Shown here piece by piece: positions 63,430 to 64,000 of a DNA stretch of 64,000 bases (position 1 is its first letter; every line of letters begins with the position of its first letter). Source of the stretch: an uncultured Actinomycetes bacterium. Lineage in GTDB: Bacteria; Actinomycetota; Thermoleophilia; Gaiellales; JALYLC01. The translations under genes and the position numbers were made by a program. The notes beneath the pieces are model-generated. The model worked only from the letters and a program-made list of their open reading frames with translations, was not told the DNA's origin and made no database searches. The stretch spans positions 361,069 to 425,068 of the forward strand of contig CAVOLG010000008.1 of assembly GCA_963696735.1 (NCBI GenBank), given 5' to 3'.

Positions 63430-64000
63430 TCACAGGCGCCGGCGGCGGAGCTGGTCGAGGTAGACGGCGACGATGATCGTCGCGCCGACGAGCACCTCCT
63501 GCCAGAAGGGGTCGATCTCGTTGATGACGAACCCGTTCTGCAGCACGGTCGGGATGAAGGCGCCGACGACGGTGCCGACGATCGTGCCGACGCCGCCGAA
63601 GAGGCTCGTCCCGCCGATCACGACGGCGGCGATCGCGTTCAGGTTGTCGGTGTTGTGCGCCGACAGGGTCTCGTCCCGAAGCGCGCCAGGTCGATCACGC
63701 GCGGCGAGGCCGCACAGGAGCCCGGTCAGCGCGTAGACCTTGATCAGGTGCCGGTCGGTCTTGATGCCGGCGCGGCGCGCCGCCTCCTCGTTCGAGCCGA
63801 CGGCCGCCGTGTAGCGGCCGAAGCGCGTGAAGCGCAGCGATGATCCAGGCGAGATCAGCGCGACGATGGCCGCGATCAGCACGGGCACGTAGATGCCCGA
63901 GCAGCTTGCCGTTGCCGATCTGGTCCTGGAAGCTCGTCGGGACCGACGAGAGGTTCGTGCCGCCGGTGAGCAGGTCGGCGCGCGCCGAAGGTGATGCCGA
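63430..64000 (-). pseudogene. sugar ABC permease (RbsC/FrcC-like), 5' part beyond the window and frame disturbed
   Basis: FGRYTAAVGSNEEAARRAGI, NAIAAVVIGGTSLFGGVGTIVGTVVGAF (ORF 63430..63888). Upstream codons to 64000 are in another frame. Confidence 0.6.

Overview
This is a high-GC (roughly 70% by eye) chromosomal window that looks like Actinomycetota; no finer taxon can be assigned from the sequence alone. I support about 60 protein genes, 2 tRNAs and several repeats, hairpins and promoter-like sites.

Gene content from left to right:
- rnd (cut by the window edge), then a membrane protein, secreted proteins and a PQQ-propeller protein.
- A PucR-regulated pair of class-III transaminases, followed by a PotD-like binding protein and a 7Fe ferredoxin.
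- A ROK glucokinase, an AddB/AddA-type helicase-nuclease pair and nth.
- NlpC/P60, a uridine-kinase-like protein, an M1 peptidase, a Zn-ribbon/PAS protein and trxB.
- A LuxR-type regulator, a class-II amidotransferase, tRNA-Leu(UAA) and Ppx/GppA.
- Initiator tRNA-Met with a small integrase-less islet, followed by a lower-GC accessory patch.
- A phosphoesterase, an M24 peptidase and a methyltransferase.
- An 11-kb cluster: LacI, Opp/Dpp-type ABC transporter, TIM-barrel isomerase, Gfo/Idh/MocA oxidoreductase and acyl-CoA synthetase.
- A 9-kb Kdp potassium-pump locus.
- MarR/MFS, an ArsR-like regulator, a repeat protein, an SGNH lipoprotein and a sugar ABC transporter.

Main points worth a second look:
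1. A 2.6-kb islet is bounded by 81/82-bp direct repeats of the 3' half of tRNA-fMet plus its terminator. It carries an RlmJ/DUF519-like methyltransferase and an S51 peptidase but no recombinase.
2. The Kdp locus is atypical. The gene order is kdpF-A-C-B and KdpD is split into separate proteins. A chain of 1-nt TGATG overlaps links an unknown 156-aa protein and an extra 27-aa hydrophobic peptide to kdpF and kdpA.
3. Reading-frame disruptions are extremely unevenly distributed. Three blocks (7.7-10.5 kb, 36.1-47.1 kb and about 61.9-64 kb) are broken every 100-300 bp, while their neighbours are intact or broken once. I cannot tell from the sequence alone whether this is an assembly or polishing artefact or real gene decay.

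No CRISPR array, recombinase, prophage or recognisable defence system was found.
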